The notes below the pieces were generated by a model. The model was not told the DNA's origin, did no database searches, and was given only the letters and a program-made list of their open reading frames with translations. The translations under genes were made by a program, and so were the position numbers. From the NCBI GenBank assembly GCA_027050205.1, contig JALUCS010000083.1:3036-67035 (forward strand): a DNA stretch of 64,000 nt, given 5' to 3'. This stretch comes from a candidate division WOR-3 bacterium (GTDB lineage Bacteria; Hydrothermota; Hydrothermia; LBFQ01). Position 1 is the first letter of the stretch, and every line of letters starts with the position of its first letter. Below are positions 19,369 to 29,435 of the stretch, piece after piece.

Positions 19369-20312
19369 ACCTCACTGTCCCACGGGAAAGGTTCCAGATC
19401 CACCCCGGCGAAGACCTCCTCTATGCCCGGCCTCAGGCGTACCCTGTCTCCTATCCTGTAGCGCACCTTCTGGATCCGGTTCCTGTACTTCTCCACCTTT
19501 ACCTTCAGCTTTTCCAGATTCAGGACCCCATCTTCTATATCGCGTATGGCCTCGTCCTCCCTGTCGGAATCAAAGGAGACCAGCTTGTCAAGCTCACCCA
19601 TGTGGGTAAGGGTTTCGGGTTTGTAGATTATGTCAAGGAGCAGGCGGGGTTCGTGGCCGAGCTTGGACCGGGTAATGAGATCCGTTGATGCCTTGTGGCC
19701 CACCCACAGGGCCTTAAGCATGTTGTCAACGTCCTCATCGGTTAAACCGGTCGTCTCCGCCGCCTTCTCGTTGGCTACACCGTAGAAAACTATCAGGGAA
19801 TAGGGTACAACGTAGGTCTCCGCGAAGGTTCCCGCGAAGGTCTCCTGTTTTTTGTCCGTTTTAGGGGGCATCACGCTGGTGTTCTTCATAAGGACGACCT
19901 TCACCTTATGAAGGGAGTGGCCGAACTTGAACTGGACGGGACCGGTGAGAGAGAAAGCGAGACTTTCTTTCTTTTTACCCTTCTTACCCTCTTTTAGAGC
20001 GAAAGTTCCACCGAACAGCCGTATGTCTATGCATCTTTTCAGCACCTCTGCAGGGTCCTTGCCGTATTCGGCGAAGACGTCCTCCTTCGTCTTCAGGCTG
20101 CCATTCTCTTTGCGCTCCTCCCTCAGAAATATCTCAAACCCCATCTCCTGAAGCGTATCCCTTACGGTGCGCTTGAGCCTCACGTCGCTGACGATGTTTA
20201 TCCCCGTCTCCTCGTCTATCCTCGGCCTGTTCTCGTCCATGGGGTCCCCGTTCGGGTTGGCCCATGACACGTCATACAGGAACAGTATCTCATGCCTGTT
20301 CTTCAAGATCAT
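19365..20312 (-). CDS. cas7: Cas7 (Csh2, type I-B backbone subunit)
   Basis: LFLYDVSWANPNGDPMDENRPR, the NPNGDP-type motif of Cas7/Csh2/DevR. Confidence 0.85.
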   Translation of the reverse strand: MILKNRHEILFLYDVSWANPNGDPMDENRPRIDEETGINIVSDVRLKRTVRDTLQEMGFEIFLREERKENGSLKTKEDVFAEYGKDPAEVLKRCIDIRLFGGTFALKEGKKGKKKESLAFSLTGPVQFKFGHSLHKVKVVLMKNTSVMPPKTDKKQETFAGTFAETYVVPYSLIVFYGVANEKAAETTGLTDEDVDNMLKALWVGHKASTDLITRSKLGHEPRLLLDIIYKPETLTHMGELDKLVSFDSDREDEAIRDIEDGVLNLEKLKVKVEKYRNRIQKVRYRIGDRVRLRPGIEEVFAGVDLEPFPWDSEV

Positions 20313-22023
20313 CTTCTACCTCCTCTTTTCCGTAAATAAGCTCTGCAACGTGGTTATACATCCCCATCCCCAGGGCGAAGTAAAAGTTCAACTCGTCCAC
20401 GTTCATGCCCCAGGGCGATGGAGCCTGTGAGAGGTACTCCGACGCCTTTGCGTACAGGATACTCTCCCCTTTCCTGAAGTGGTCGTACTCCTCAAGCTTG
20501 TTCCTTATCCTCGGAAGCAGGCCCTTCAGGTCCCTTTCGTCCATCTTGAGGCTCTTCAGGACCTTGTAGAAGGGTGTGCTTCCCCTCACCCTTCTTTGAA
20601 CCCTTATGAGCTTCTCCGTCAGCGCCCCCATCAGGAAGAGGCCCTTCTTAAGGGGTGTATCCAGGGCTGGAAGAGTATCAAGGAACTCCTCCAGCGAGGC
20701 GTACGCGCTATCTCTTACGTCCATAACGCCCTCCTTTTTTGTCGTTAAAAGCACAAAAACAAACGTAGCAAAGGCATCAAGTATGGTTAATCTGGGAGTC
20801 TGAGACTCAACGATCCCCTCCCTTATCTTTCCCATAAGTCTGGATATGAGCCACCCCCTGTCTATAGGCCTTCCGGTGAACGTCCTGTATATGACCTCGT
20901 AAAAATAGTCTGCCGAATTCTTAGTGGCAAAGAATTTCCACATAGTTCCATAAGTGAACTCTGATTCTAAACTTAAAAGAGATTCAACCACAGATTTTGC
21001 TTTGAACAGGGACTTTAGACGAGAGGGATAGACGTCCTGCAGGTAAAGGTTTATTCTTTCCTGCGAACTTGAACCCTTCTTTTCCATAAACAGAAAGTGA
21101 AAGCTCATGACGTCTCTCTCCTCGCTCAGGATTTCAAGGATTTCCTCTTCGTCTGCGGTTATACGTCTTATGCTCTCACCCTTTAAGGAGGCACTCTTCT
21201 TCCCCTCCGTTAGTATAGCAAGCACCTCACCGCGCACGCTCTCGTGGCCGAGTACGAAGTCCGGAATGATGGAATATTTTATTTCATATTTCATTTCGCC
21301 GGCGAATGCAAAAGTTAAGTTGCGTTCAACGTGCTGGCGGCCGTGCCTTATAAGTTCGCGACAATCATGACACAGAGGAAAGGATTTGTAAGCATACTTT
21401 TTGTTGAACCCTATGACGTATCCGGGTTTGTCTATGGTGTAGAACTTGAAGGGTGATATGTCTCCATTAACTTTTTTTCTCTCGCCGCATATAGAGCATA
21501 TCCCTTCAATCCATTTACTTCCGTTTTTTTTATTTCTGGCGCTCCGCAGTTTTTTCTCAAGGACTTTTTGAAAAACATCAATTTCACCCATAAATTTACC
21601 ATTTATACGAACTGTGATTATAATTTTATCACCTTTTGCGTTTTTTAAATAATTACGAATATCTGTTAATATTCTTTTATTGCTAATATCTAGATACGGT
21701 ATATCTTCTGATACAGATCTTAGAGCATTATATATTGCTTTAAGATTCCCAGTGCTTCTATGAGGTTCATTTTTATTTAGATAAATTGTTAAAGTATGAG
21801 AGGGTGTGCGAGATGCCCATTTCCTGTAAAAGTATAGTGGCACTTTACTCCTCTGGAACTGCTCCTGTGTAAGTCCTATGTAGTTCCCATCCCCATCAAA
21901 CTCTAAAACGAACACCTTATCTGCCTCCATGGGGTCGTAAAGAGTGGGTCTTCCTATTAACTTACCCAGTTCTCTTAAAGATTTCAGCATGGCAGAGAGG
22001 ATTATACAGCCGAAAATAGGCAT
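20290..22023 (-). CDS. cas8b: Cas8b (Csh1) large subunit
   Basis: A 577-aa first gene of the cas operon with a Cys-rich zinc-finger-like block (CSICGERKKV ... CHDCRELIRHG). Position and size fit the type I-B large subunit. Confidence 0.7.
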   Translation of the reverse strand: MPIFGCIILSAMLKSLRELGKLIGRPTLYDPMEADKVFVLEFDGDGNYIGLTQEQFQRSKVPLYFYRKWASRTPSHTLTIYLNKNEPHRSTGNLKAIYNALRSVSEDIPYLDISNKRILTDIRNYLKNAKGDKIIITVRINGKFMGEIDVFQKVLEKKLRSARNKKNGSKWIEGICSICGERKKVNGDISPFKFYTIDKPGYVIGFNKKYAYKSFPLCHDCRELIRHGRQHVERNLTFAFAGEMKYEIKYSIIPDFVLGHESVRGEVLAILTEGKKSASLKGESIRRITADEEEILEILSEERDVMSFHFLFMEKKGSSSQERINLYLQDVYPSRLKSLFKAKSVVESLLSLESEFTYGTMWKFFATKNSADYFYEVIYRTFTGRPIDRGWLISRLMGKIREGIVESQTPRLTILDAFATFVFVLLTTKKEGVMDVRDSAYASLEEFLDTLPALDTPLKKGLFLMGALTEKLIRVQRRVRGSTPFYKVLKSLKMDERDLKGLLPRIRNKLEEYDHFRKGESILYAKASEYLSQAPSPWGMNVDELNFYFALGMGMYNHVAELIYGKEEVEDDLEEQA

Positions 22024-22135
22024 ATGTGTTATATCGCTCTACCATATAATACGAAGATGATTGGGTATATATTGAGTCTAATCATGGTGTTTGATGCAAC
22101 CACGGGCAGGCTTTCCGAAAACCTGTTCCCTGTAG
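22024..22135. promoter_or_regulatory. AT-rich divergent promoter region between cas8b and cas6
   Basis: A 112-bp AT-rich stretch, ...ctaccatataatacgaag..., carrying a TATAAT box between divergently oriented cas genes. Confidence 0.4.
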
Positions 22136-22876
22136 ATGATCAGAATTGACGTCACCTTCTCCTCCGACTCCCCCATCGTCCTCCCTGTGCATTACAACGA
22201 ACACATTCAGGCCCTCATATACCACCACTTAGACCCCGACGTAGCCCGGAGGCTCCACGACGAGGGCTTCAGGTACGGAAAGAGGAGGTTCAAGCTCTTC
22301 ACCTTCTCCCGCATATTCGGAAGGGGACGTTATGACAGGAAGAACAGACTCCTGACCTTCCCGCCGAGGATCCGCATAGCCTTCGCCTTCGCCGTTGAGA
22401 GCGTAGGGAGGTCCTTCTTGGACAGGATGGTCAAATCCGACCCCATCGTCCTTGAGGGCAACCTCCTGAAGGTGGCCGAAACCCGCATTACCATTCCGGA
22501 GGTGGGGAGGGAGGTTAAGGTGAAGGCCCTCTCCCCCATAACGGTGTACCGCACGGTACTTGAGGGCGGCAGGAGAAGGACCGTCTATTTCCCCCCAGAC
22601 TCCCCCGAATTCGCTGGCTTAGTTAAGATGAACCTGCTGCGGAAGTACGAGACCCTCTACGGCAGGGAGTATTCGGGTAGGTTAGAGGTTGAAACCCTGC
22701 GGAAGGGTAGGATGGCCATAGTGAAGTACAAGGGGACGGTGATAAAGGCGTGGGACGGCACCTTCCTCCTGAGGGGGGAACCGGATATCCTGCGGCTTGC
22801 CCTCGGTGCCGGTCTGGGGGCGAAGAACAGTCAGGGCTTCGGAATGATCCAACAGATACGGAAGGGAAACCTATAG
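22136..22876 (+). CDS. cas6: Cas6 endoribonuclease (crRNA processing)
   Basis: C-terminal glycine-rich loop LGAGLGAKNSQGFGMIQ. Length is 246 aa. It is oriented opposite to the rest of the operon. Confidence 0.8.
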   Translation: MIRIDVTFSSDSPIVLPVHYNEHIQALIYHHLDPDVARRLHDEGFRYGKRRFKLFTFSRIFGRGRYDRKNRLLTFPPRIRIAFAFAVESVGRSFLDRMVKSDPIVLEGNLLKVAETRITIPEVGREVKVKALSPITVYRTVLEGGRRRTVYFPPDSPEFAGLVKMNLLRKYETLYGREYSGRLEVETLRKGRMAIVKYKGTVIKAWDGTFLLRGEPDILRLALGAGLGAKNSQGFGMIQQIRKGNL

Positions 22877-22898
22877 AGATGTAGAGATACAAAAGGAT

Positions 22899-23282
22899 TC
22901 AGTGCAGGAAGAACCCGAAGGTCACCTTACCGCTGCACCCGTCCGGTACGTTGGGGGCAAACTTCCACTGGCGAACGGCGGCTACGGAGGCGCTATCAAG
23001 GATGGGGTAGCCGCTGGACTTTATCACCTTCAGGTACTTTATCGTGCCGTTGGAGTTGAGGACCACCCTTACGGTCACTTCTCCCTCCCAACCGTTGCGA
23101 CGGGCAACCTTGGGATATATGGGCTTCACCTTTCGGATGACCTTCCCCTTCAGGCAACCTTCCAAAGAACCGGAGGATTCGGAGGTCCTCGCAGTGTTCG
23201 GAGGATTGGAGGCGTACGATGGAAGGGTACCCGCCGCAACTAAGGCGACGATAAACATTACCAAACCTTTACTCATACCCAT
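22899..23282 (-). CDS. TonB C-terminal domain protein with signal peptide
   Basis: KPIYPKVARRNGWEGEVTVRVVLNSNGTIKYLKVIKSSGYPILDSASVAAVRQWKFAP matches the TonB_C fold pattern. Confidence 0.65.
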   Translation of the reverse strand: MGMSKGLVMFIVALVAAGTLPSYASNPPNTARTSESSGSLEGCLKGKVIRKVKPIYPKVARRNGWEGEVTVRVVLNSNGTIKYLKVIKSSGYPILDSASVAAVRQWKFAPNVPDGCSGKVTFGFFLH

Positions 23283-23319
23283 CAGCGATTGTAAGGGAGA
23301 ACCGCCCCCGAAAGCCTGC

Positions 23320-24597
23320 CTACCTCGTGAGGTAAAGGTTCAGGCCGACCTTTACGCCGGTGAAGGGGGGTTCGTAGCGGCACACCCCGGAGGAGCATAC
23401 GACGTCGCCGGAGAAGGAGCCGTAGGAGGCGAAGACCCGCAGGAAGGAGAAGTTGTCGTAGGACACCTCAAGGACGCGGTCCGTCTTCTTAGAGAGGGCG
23501 TAGTACCGCCCGGAGAGGGAGAGGGTGAGGCCGCCGTAGATGAAGGTCAGGGAAGCATAGGGCTGGTCCTCCCACTCCCCGTGGGGGAGCCTCCTCCTGT
23601 ACTCGGCGTATGCCACGACACCCAGGGGGGCGTTGTACTTCACCTCCAAGAAGGCCTGCCTCTCATTAAGGTTGCCCTCCCAGTCAAGGTGGTGGGACCC
23701 CACCTTGAGGGTGAAGGGGCCGACGTCCCTGTAGTAGGAGGCGGCGTAGTACTTCATCACGAGTTCCCCGTCGTGGGAGTAGGACCTTCCCAGCTCTAAG
23801 GATAGGGTGGTGTAGGAGAGGTAGACGTTGCCGCCCATCTCGTCCCTACCTTCCGTTGGGAGGAGGCCGTAGCCGTTGGCTGGCGTCGGCAGGTTGAACT
23901 CCTCGTATATCCGGTAGTAGTCCTTCGCCTCCGCACCGAGGACGAGGTTCTCCCTGGCGTACTCAAGGTTCCCGTAGAGGGCGTAGCCGTAGTTCCGGCC
24001 GTAGGTGGCGAGGTCGTAGCCGTAGCGGTAGGCCCCCTCAAGGTAGAGGGCAACGGGGCCGAGGGGGAGGGTGGCGTAGGCACCCGGCAGGACCCCATAA
24101 CCCTCGCGACGGCCGTAGGCGTCGTAGAGGGAGAGGTTGAGGCCCGCCTCCCCGAAGGGAAGACCGGGGGTGAGGGAGAGGCCGGCGAGGAGGAGGGTGT
24201 CCCTGTCCGAGGAGTAGTATATCCACCTCCGTTTCAGGCCGGCGTAGGCCCGGAGGAAGGAGTAGTTCAGGTGTATGCCCCGCAGGGTGGCCTCAAGGAG
24301 GGCCTTCTCGTCGTCCGCCAGAAACAGGGAGAGGCCCCGCCCGAAGGTTAGAGGCTCGTCCCCTACAGAAACCCCAAGGCCACCGAAACTCCTCCGTACG
24401 TAGAATCGGAAGGCGTTCAGGGCGTAGGTATCGCCGTGGAGTTGGGCGGGGGCGTAGGGCCTGTAGTCCCGCAGGTGGAGGAAGACCTCCCAGCCGTACG
24501 GGTAGGCCGTCACCTTAACCTCGTTCAGGCTCTTCACGCTGTCCGCGTACCAAAACGTGCCGCCGTAGGAGGCGGAGAAGGCGAGGAGGTGTATCAT
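23320..24597 (-). CDS. putative outer-membrane beta-barrel protein (hypothetical)
   Basis: Tyr/Gly-rich sequence with alternating hydrophobic residues throughout, and no motif I recognise. Confidence 0.35.
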   Translation of the reverse strand: MIHLLAFSASYGGTFWYADSVKSLNEVKVTAYPYGWEVFLHLRDYRPYAPAQLHGDTYALNAFRFYVRRSFGGLGVSVGDEPLTFGRGLSLFLADDEKALLEATLRGIHLNYSFLRAYAGLKRRWIYYSSDRDTLLLAGLSLTPGLPFGEAGLNLSLYDAYGRREGYGVLPGAYATLPLGPVALYLEGAYRYGYDLATYGRNYGYALYGNLEYARENLVLGAEAKDYYRIYEEFNLPTPANGYGLLPTEGRDEMGGNVYLSYTTLSLELGRSYSHDGELVMKYYAASYYRDVGPFTLKVGSHHLDWEGNLNERQAFLEVKYNAPLGVVAYAEYRRRLPHGEWEDQPYASLTFIYGGLTLSLSGRYYALSKKTDRVLEVSYDNFSFLRVFASYGSFSGDVVCSSGVCRYEPPFTGVKVGLNLYLTR

Positions 24598-25007
24598 TTC
24601 AGGTTGAGGGCGCGTCTTATCATCTCAACGAGGCGGGGGTTGAAGCCGAAGATCTTCTTCTTCATCCTGCCGCCCTTCTCGTAAGCTATGACGGTGGGGA
24701 GGCCGAAGACCCCGTACTTTGAGGAGAGCTTCTTACCCTCGTCTATGATTATGGGGAAGTCCCAGCCGTGGGATCTGGCCATCTGGCGGACACGGTTGAT
24801 GTTCCGTTTGGAGTCCTGACTTATGGCCACTATGACGACGTCCTCACGCTTTCCGAAGGCCTCGTTCAACCTGTCCAACTCCTCGTCGCAGTGGTTGCAC
24901 CAGGTGGCCCAGAAGTCAAGGATAACGTGCTTCTCCCTCATCAGGCTATCCACGTTCACCCTGTTGCCGTATATGTCCGTCGCTACGAAGGTCAAGAGCC
25001 ACATCAT
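24594..25007 (-). CDS. TlpA/ResA-like thiol:disulfide oxidoreductase (thioredoxin fold)
   Basis: WATWCNHCDEE CxxC motif and FGLPTVIAYEKGG. The ORF track extends to 25199, but the upstream extension (RRGHH...) looks non-coding, so I start at the internal MMWLL. Confidence 0.75.
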   Translation of the reverse strand: MMWLLTFVATDIYGNRVNVDSLMREKHVILDFWATWCNHCDEELDRLNEAFGKREDVVIVAISQDSKRNINRVRQMARSHGWDFPIIIDEGKKLSSKYGVFGLPTVIAYEKGGRMKKKIFGFNPRLVEMIRRALNLK

Positions 25008-26071
25008 TGCGATATCACCCTCACCTTGAGCTGCCTGAAGACGCGGGGGTCGTCGTTGAGATACACCCTGACGGTTATATCGGCCGTATCTACGGTGGTG
25101 GGATAGACGGCGAAGTACATCCCATGCTCCGGCGTGGTGGCCCCGGCGGGGAGGGTGTTGCTCACCATGTTGGTGTCGCTGAGGCACATCCCCCAGCATA
25201 TCGTGTTGTTCCAGTCCCTCGGTATCCCGGAGAGCTTGAAGGTCAGGTTGAGGTCCCTGTTAGCGTGGTTCTCCATCTGCAGATATACGGAGGTGTACTG
25301 GTTGAGGGGGGCGGTCGTGTCCCCGTCGTTGGAGACGTTGGAGAGGAGGTAGGTCTCGGCCTTACCCTGATAGGCTCCTACCACCTTCTTGTCGGAGGAG
25401 TTCACGATCACCGTCACGTAGAGGTTGGCCGTATTCCAGGAGGTATCCACGACGAACTCGGCATGGGTGGAGTTGGTGCCGGCCCTAACGGCGTAGTTGG
25501 AGTAGGGCTTCACCGAGCCGGAGGGGAGGGGTACGTGGTACTCGGTCAGCATAGTGCGCACAACGTCGGAAGCCGCCTTTCCGGGGTTGAGGGAGACGTC
25601 TATGACGGCGAGGGAGTCCCCTATGAGGGAGGTCGCCGATACGGCGTACTTCGGGACGTTCTGTCCCCTCTCAAGGATGAGGTTGTTCCACTTCTCAACG
25701 TAGTCGTCCCTGCGGGTGTCGTCGTACCCGTGTTCGCTGTAGTCCCCACCTATTACGGTTATGGGGACGCCGTCGGAGGTACTCAGGCCGTAGAGGGAGA
25801 GGATAGAGTCGGTGTAGGGGGTATAGACGGGGTCCCCCACGTAGGGGTCGTTGGCGTGGTACCGCACCACCACGAGCTTGTCGCCGTAGGCCTCGTCAAG
25901 GGAGTCTATTATCTCGTTGGCCCCCTTACAGGGTACGCACATGTAGTTGGTGACCTGCTCCACTACGACGGGGTAGGGGAGGGCCTCCTCGGCCCCCCCG
26001 TTCTCATCCTTCTTACAGGCGGCCAAGACCACAAGCCCGGCCGTCAGAACTGCAAGAGCCTTCCGTACCAT
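25004..26071 (-). CDS. lipoprotein with thioredoxin-like CxxC N-domain (hypothetical)
   Basis: Lipobox LVVLAAC. NYMCVPCKGANE is followed by HANDPY...VPITVIGG. The same domain pattern recurs in the upstream 607-aa protein. Confidence 0.5.
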   Translation of the reverse strand: MVRKALAVLTAGLVVLAACKKDENGGAEEALPYPVVVEQVTNYMCVPCKGANEIIDSLDEAYGDKLVVVRYHANDPYVGDPVYTPYTDSILSLYGLSTSDGVPITVIGGDYSEHGYDDTRRDDYVEKWNNLILERGQNVPKYAVSATSLIGDSLAVIDVSLNPGKAASDVVRTMLTEYHVPLPSGSVKPYSNYAVRAGTNSTHAEFVVDTSWNTANLYVTVIVNSSDKKVVGAYQGKAETYLLSNVSNDGDTTAPLNQYTSVYLQMENHANRDLNLTFKLSGIPRDWNNTICWGMCLSDTNMVSNTLPAGATTPEHGMYFAVYPTTVDTADITVRVYLNDDPRVFRQLKVRVISQ

Positions 26072-27867
26072 TTCCTACCGCCTATTCTAACCTCGTAGAA
26101 GTACACGCCCTTGGGTAGGGAGGTGCGGTAAGTGGTCTCGCCCTTGAGCTTGAAGGCGTCGGAGAGGATCAGCCTGCCGTCCGCCGTGTATATCTTCACC
26201 CTGACGTCCTTACTCTCGGAGGAGTACAGGTGTATCCCGCCCCTTTCGGGCCTTACGCGGGCTATCCAGCCCCTCCGGGCGTCGGGATTCTCGGCAACAT
26301 CCACCGAACTAGAGAATTTGAATGTGCCAACGCCCCAGACGTTGTGGTCGTCGTCGCTCTGGACGAAGAGGACGGCCACGAGGTGGTTTATGTCCAGGCC
26401 CGGATCCGAGTACCAGGTCGGGTGGGGGAGGAAGAAGTCAAGGGAGTAGGTGGTGGTCCCACCGGTGTCCGTAGCCGTATAGGAGGTGTCTATCCAGTGC
26501 CTGAAGGTCATAACGTGGAAGGTGGTACCGTTGGGAGCGTTGTAGTTTATGCTGTCCTGCACTATCACGACGCGCAGGTTGTAGGGCTTGGGTACCATCG
26601 CCCCTATCTGGTGGACGGTAAAGGTTATGCGGCCGTGTATCCCATCGGTGTCCTCGTAGACGTAGGTGTTGGAGGAGGAGGTATCAACGATGAACTCCAT
26701 CGGGGTCTTGCGGTAGCTCTCTTCGGAGGCGACGGCGCTCGCCCAACTGGTGTAGTAGTACGCGGCGTTATAGACGCCATTCACATAGACCCAGGGGACG
26801 GCACCGACGTGGTAGTAGAAAACCCTACGCCTCTGTGGCATGGTGTCGTACTTGTAGAAGGGGTCGTTGTTGCTTCCGGGCCACCAAACGTGGTAGGTTA
26901 TCATTCCGATATGGTAGCCGGAGGCGTCCACGTGGGAGTTGTATATACCCAACTGGTAGGGGTCAGCGGAGTGGCATGGGCCGCAGTTGTGCTGGGTGAA
27001 CCTCTCAAAGAGGACCATCATAGGCCTGTCGTAGGCGTAGATGTACCCGGTCAGGGTGTCATTGCCGGCATTCTCGTCGCTGGATAGCTCGGTTATGATG
27101 TAGTACTTGTAGTAGTACAGGTTGTTGGGGGTGAAGGAGGGAAAAGAGACGGAGGCCGTGTCAAAGGGACCGAGGGCGCCGGTGTAGGTAGTGGTCTGGT
27201 CGTAAGCGACGTTCCCGTAGGGGTCCTCAAATATCAGCCTGACGGGTACGGTGTTTATGCTGTCAAGGCCGTAGTTCTGTATCCTGGCTCTTGGGGTGAA
27301 GGACGAGGACTGGTATTCAGGGTTCGTCAAAGCGACGGGGCGGGCGTCAGTGTTGTAGGGTACGTATATCTCAACGTCGTCTATATACCAGTTGTCGGCG
27401 TCCGTACCGGTGTAGCGGAAGGCCACGTATACGGTTGAGTTCCCTACAAAGGAGGAGAGGTCTACCACCACCGGGTCCCCGTCAAAGCCGTTTATGGCGT
27501 GATCGTCCGGCGTCATATCCAAGACGAGGGTGAAGGTGGAGGTGTCCGTCTGGGAGGTGGTTGAGACGAGTATCTGGTGGTGATCCCCGTACCCGCTCCA
27601 GTAATCCTGATCCTCGTAGAAGATGAGGTAGGCCTTTGTCGCCGTTGACAGGTCTACGGCAGGGGCCACCAACCACTCGTCCTTGGTGTTGGAGGAGGGA
27701 TAGTAGTTCACCTTGGCGGCGTAGTCTCCGGAGTGAACCTTCATAGCGGTCTGATACCACGAGTCTCCGGTCGCGCTGCCGAGGTCAAGGACCTCCCATC
27801 CTGCCGGAGGTACGGAGGTCTCAAAACTTTCACTAAGAAGGGAACCTGATGCTATGAGGAACCACAT
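26044..27867 (-). CDS. secreted protein with CGPC thioredoxin-like motif and T9SS-type C-terminal sorting domain
   Basis: FTQHNCGPCHSADPY...WWPGSNNDPFY...VPWVYVNG is paralogous to the 355-aa lipoprotein domain. The C-terminal ~80 aa (KIYTADGRLILSDAFKLKGETTYRTSLPKGVYFYEVRIGGRKWYGRLLQF) look like a Por/T9SS CTD. Confidence 0.5.
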   Translation of the reverse strand: MWFLIASGSLLSESFETSVPPAGWEVLDLGSATGDSWYQTAMKVHSGDYAAKVNYYPSSNTKDEWLVAPAVDLSTATKAYLIFYEDQDYWSGYGDHHQILVSTTSQTDTSTFTLVLDMTPDDHAINGFDGDPVVVDLSSFVGNSTVYVAFRYTGTDADNWYIDDVEIYVPYNTDARPVALTNPEYQSSSFTPRARIQNYGLDSINTVPVRLIFEDPYGNVAYDQTTTYTGALGPFDTASVSFPSFTPNNLYYYKYYIITELSSDENAGNDTLTGYIYAYDRPMMVLFERFTQHNCGPCHSADPYQLGIYNSHVDASGYHIGMITYHVWWPGSNNDPFYKYDTMPQRRRVFYYHVGAVPWVYVNGVYNAAYYYTSWASAVASEESYRKTPMEFIVDTSSSNTYVYEDTDGIHGRITFTVHQIGAMVPKPYNLRVVIVQDSINYNAPNGTTFHVMTFRHWIDTSYTATDTGGTTTYSLDFFLPHPTWYSDPGLDINHLVAVLFVQSDDDHNVWGVGTFKFSSSVDVAENPDARRGWIARVRPERGGIHLYSSESKDVRVKIYTADGRLILSDAFKLKGETTYRTSLPKGVYFYEVRIGGRKWYGRLLQF

Positions 27868-27964
27868 ACAGGGGTATTTTAAGGGGGAGGATGAGTCTGT
27901 GAAAAGGATGTTTGAGTTGTAGAATCCAACGCCCCTTCGGGCTTAAAATCCCCTTCAAAGGAGG

Positions 27965-29428
27965 TTGATAATGAGGGTAATGCTGAAAGTCCTTGTGGGT
28001 CTAACCTTGGGTCTCTCTGGGCTGTACGCCCAGACCTGTCCCTCCGGATGCTCCACCATCACGAGCGGCTCCCTAACCTTCTGCAAGTGCAACATCTACA
28101 CCACCTCCGAGCCGTCGGACAGGGTCCAGATGGTCACGGACCAGTACATCACTATCGTGGATGTGGACGGAGACGGGCTTAAGGACATACCCTTCGGTGT
28201 ATTTTACTACGGCAGGAACGGCACCTACGTCCTCCGTCAAACCTCTGCCGGCATCCCTGGAACCTTCGTAGAAGTCCAGATTTCCGATACCCCCGGCTAC
28301 GGCATAGCCTCCTTGGGGGACCGGAACGGGGACGGCCTTGTGGATTTCGTCATCAGTACCCATGGGGTTCTGCACAAGGTCTATACCCTGATGTCCCCAG
28401 GTTCCCTCGGTCCCTACACCGTAACCCCCATCTACACGGGTTCCCATCCCAACTCCGTCACCGTCTCCCCCACTGGAATATACTTCACGGACTACGATGG
28501 CTCCATAAATTACTACGATTTCTCCACTGCCACCATCACGAGGCGGGACGACGACCTCTGTGGCGATGGGGTGGCCTTCGGAGACTTCAACGACGACGGA
28601 TATACGGACGCCGTATGCTCCAACTACGGTGGAGTCTTCTCACTCCCGGTGGGCCTCCACGTGTATTGGTACAACGGTTCGGGTTTCACGGGTTATACCA
28701 CCCTTGATAACGCCCGGAAGTGGCAGGGCATCGTAGCCTACGACATGGACGGGGATGGGAGGAAGGACGTCATAGGTACGGGGGAGGACGTGAGCGTCTT
28801 CTACAACGACGGCTCCTCTTGGACGGAGGTGCGCCTCAACTCCACGACCGTTAGCGTTGGGGTAGGTAGCCTGCCCCTCGTGAGGGTGAACCTCGCTGAT
28901 CTGGACTGCGACGAGGACCCCGATATAGTCGTAGCCACCGCCTGTCCCCCTTCGGGAGGGGCTACCCTTATGTGGTACGAGAACCTCGGAGGCCGGGCGT
29001 GGGAGGAGCATCCCATAGACTTCGGGGGGAACAGTTGCTCCAGCGACTACCCCTACCCTTACGGGGTGCGTGTGGGCCTCCTTGACGAGACTACGGACAC
29101 CGGGAGGGCGGACATCGTGATCGTCTACGGTGCGAGCAACTCCATCTACGCGTACTACAACGTAACCCCCTCCATCAGCTGTTCCCCTCTGGCCTACGAA
29201 GGGGACCTTACGGTATCCGAGTTGGACGATGGGGAGTGGTTGGCCGTGGTACCTGTGCCGAAGGGGATACGGATAACAGCCCGGAGGGCCTCAAAGGTCG
29301 CCGTCTTTAGGGCTGACGGCTCCTCCCTCTTCCAAGGGACGGTTGAGGGGACGGAGTACCTACGCCTACCTCCCGGCGCGTACTTCGTAAGGGCGGAGGG
29401 CCGGACCTACCGGGTGGTGGTGAGGTAG
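27965..29428 (+). CDS. FG-GAP/VCBS-repeat protein with T9SS C-terminal domain
   Basis: Signal peptide MIMRVMLKVLVGLTLGLSGLYAQ. Repeated D-x-[DN]-G-D-G-x-x-D motifs (DVDGDGLKD, DRNGDGLVD, DMDGDGRKD). C-terminus ...PPGAYFVRAEGRTYRVVVR. Confidence 0.6.
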   Translation: MIMRVMLKVLVGLTLGLSGLYAQTCPSGCSTITSGSLTFCKCNIYTTSEPSDRVQMVTDQYITIVDVDGDGLKDIPFGVFYYGRNGTYVLRQTSAGIPGTFVEVQISDTPGYGIASLGDRNGDGLVDFVISTHGVLHKVYTLMSPGSLGPYTVTPIYTGSHPNSVTVSPTGIYFTDYDGSINYYDFSTATITRRDDDLCGDGVAFGDFNDDGYTDAVCSNYGGVFSLPVGLHVYWYNGSGFTGYTTLDNARKWQGIVAYDMDGDGRKDVIGTGEDVSVFYNDGSSWTEVRLNSTTVSVGVGSLPLVRVNLADLDCDEDPDIVVATACPPSGGATLMWYENLGGRAWEEHPIDFGGNSCSSDYPYPYGVRVGLLDETTDTGRADIVIVYGASNSIYAYYNVTPSISCSPLAYEGDLTVSELDDGEWLAVVPVPKGIRITARRASKVAVFRADGSSLFQGTVEGTEYLRLPPGAYFVRAEGRTYRVVVR

Positions 29429-29435
29429 ACCGCCC

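Noticed and set aside
25007-27087. Large + strand ORFs (363 aa, 285 aa)
   Set aside because: Antisense to the CxxC lipoprotein and T9SS cargo genes. Gly/Val-rich garbage composition.
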